Shown here: positions 62,747 through 64,000 of the stretch, piece after piece | Numbering within the stretch: the stretch's first letter is position 1 | How the letters are laid out: each line of letters opens with the position of its first letter | The notes under the pieces: generated by a model | Told to the model about the DNA's origin: nothing | Database searches by the model: none | Seen by the model: only the letters and a program-made list of their open reading frames with translations | Position numbers and translations under genes: made by a program | From: Vicinamibacteria bacterium | GTDB taxonomy: Bacteria; Acidobacteriota; Vicinamibacteria; Marinacidobacterales; Marinacidobacteraceae | Reading direction: 5' to 3' | Assembly: GCA_963668695.2 (NCBI GenBank) | Contig: CAXXLQ010000004.1 | Coordinates: forward strand, 3,136,001-3,200,000 | Length of the DNA: 64,000 nucleotides

Positions 62747-62813
62747 CTGCCGGATCCGGAGCGCCGCTCCACGCCCCCCGGCAACGGGAGCCGGCCGCGC
62801 CTCCTCGCAAGAC

Positions 62814-64000
62814 TCACTGGTCCCCTCCGGGGCCGCCGACTACCCGCACCTCGGGGGAGCCATCAAAGAAAGTCTGCAGGATCTCACCCCCGATAGGGGC
62901 CGCCGCCGCCCCGCCGGCTCCGCCGTGCTCCACGACTACCGCCACCGCAATCTGCGGGTCATCGAACGGTGCGAACCCGACAAACCACGCGTGGGTGCGC
63001 AACTCGTACGGGCGATCCTCGTTGTTGGCCGCCACCACGTTCGCACTCGCCACCTGGGCGGTCCCGGTTTTTCCGGCCACCGGAGCACTCGGAATTCGAG
63101 CCCGCCAAGCCGTCCCCGACACCACGGCGTCGCGCATTCCGTCGCGGATCAGCTCGAAGTGCTCCCGCATCACTCCGTCCATCTGGCCGGCGGGTGCGCT
63201 CCCCACCAACCTCGGGGTCAGAACCCTTCCGAACGAGGCGAACGCCGCCGCCAGCCGCGCCATTTGGATCGGGGTCACCGAAACCGCCCCCTGACCTACG
63301 GCGACCGACGCTGTCTCACTGGCGTACCAGCGCTCCCCCGTAACGCGGCGCTTCCATTCGCGGGTCGGAATGAGTCCGCTCGACTCATTCCTGACGTCCA
63401 CCCCGGTGGGCTCCCCGAGACCCAAAGCGCGAGCGTAGGATGCGATCACATCCACATCGAGTGCTTCCGTCAACCGATAGAAGAACACGTTGCATGACTT
63501 GGAGATCGCCTCGCGAAGCGTCAGCGCGCCATGCCCCTGCGCGCGGTGACACCGGAAGGTCCGACCCGCAATGCGGGCCCTTCCGTTACACCGATACCGG
63601 GTTTCCGGGCCCACCACGCCCTCCGCAAGCGCCGCGATGGCGGTGACCAGCTTGAAGGACGACCCGGGGGGATAAGTGCCCTGGACCGCCCGGTTCAGGA
63701 GCGGAGTCGCGGTGTCGGCGAGCATTTCGCGGAACTTCCCTGCATCGCGGCGGAACTCTTCGGAACTCTCAGCCGGATAGCTGCCGAGGCCCAGGACTTC
63801 CCCCGTTCTGACATCCAGCGCCACAAACGCTCCCCGGTGGTCGGCGAAAGCACGGTGGGCCGCCTCCTGAATCGCCCCGATCGCGCCGATCTGCAGGGTG
63901 TCGCCCCGGACGGGCTCGGTGCTCCTCAGCCCGCCGGATACCAACACGCGCTGACGGCTGTCGACCACCCGATCCAGATACCCGTCGGAACCGACCAGGA
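62814..64000 (-). CDS. mrdA: Penicillin-binding protein 2, 5' part outside window
   Basis: YPPGSSFK (SxxK), SCNVFFY, GKTGTAQ, HAWFVGFAP; upstream of rodA. Confidence 0.92.
   Translation of the reverse strand, partial: LVGSDGYLDRVVDSRQRVLVSGGLRSTEPVRGDTLQIGAIGAIQEAAHRAFADHRGAFVALDVRTGEVLGLGSYPAESSEEFRRDAGKFREMLADTATPLLNRAVQGTYPPGSSFKLVTAIAALAEGVVGPETRYRCNGRARIAGRTFRCHRAQGHGALTLREAISKSCNVFFYRLTEALDVDVIASYARALGLGEPTGVDVRNESSGLIPTREWKRRVTGERWYASETASVAVGQGAVSVTPIQMARLAAAFASFGRVLTPRLVGSAPAGQMDGVMREHFELIRDGMRDAVVSGTAWRARIPSAPVAGKTGTAQVASANVVAANNEDRPYELRTHAWFVGFAPFDDPQIAVAVVVEHGGAGGAAAAPIGGEILQTFFDGSPEVRVVGGPGGDQ

Overview
GC-rich bacterial chromosome segment, mostly housekeeping genes. The gene set (BamD, PASTA-only protein beside rpe, sigma54 promoters) fits a diderm such as Acidobacteriota; this taxonomy is inference only. 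Main blocks: TRAP permease; MFS-hydrolase-gdhA-pgsA; a DUF349 protein; copA; def-fmt-glpQ-rsmB-PASTA-rpe-thioesterase-bamD; manC/manB-like genes; tRNA-Gly; bactofilin-ald-lipoate ligase-grpE-dnaJ-prmA-rsmE-kinase-recX-alaS; an agmatine catabolism cluster; gatC-gatA; thiL; tRNA-Val-thrS-infC-rpmI-rplT-zapB-like-zapA; a GspE/PilB ATPase; a Na/Pi symporter; degP; two sigma54-driven paralogous outer-membrane barrels; and mrdA-rodA-rng-rsbW-suhB. The unusual part is a layered non-coding repeat system covering roughly 12% of the window, with no transposase present. (A) A TA-flanked MITE-like element occurs at 14 loci; one copy sits in frame inside the signal peptide of agmatine deiminase. (U) A roughly 20-nt unit, GCCAGTTCTCCCGGTGGGGGC, has over 50 copies by manual count and appears as net +18-bp insertions at several sites inside A and elsewhere. 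(B) A multi-hairpin element shows compensatory base changes and a constant-length, variable-sequence loop; a related tandem element (C) lies below zapA.
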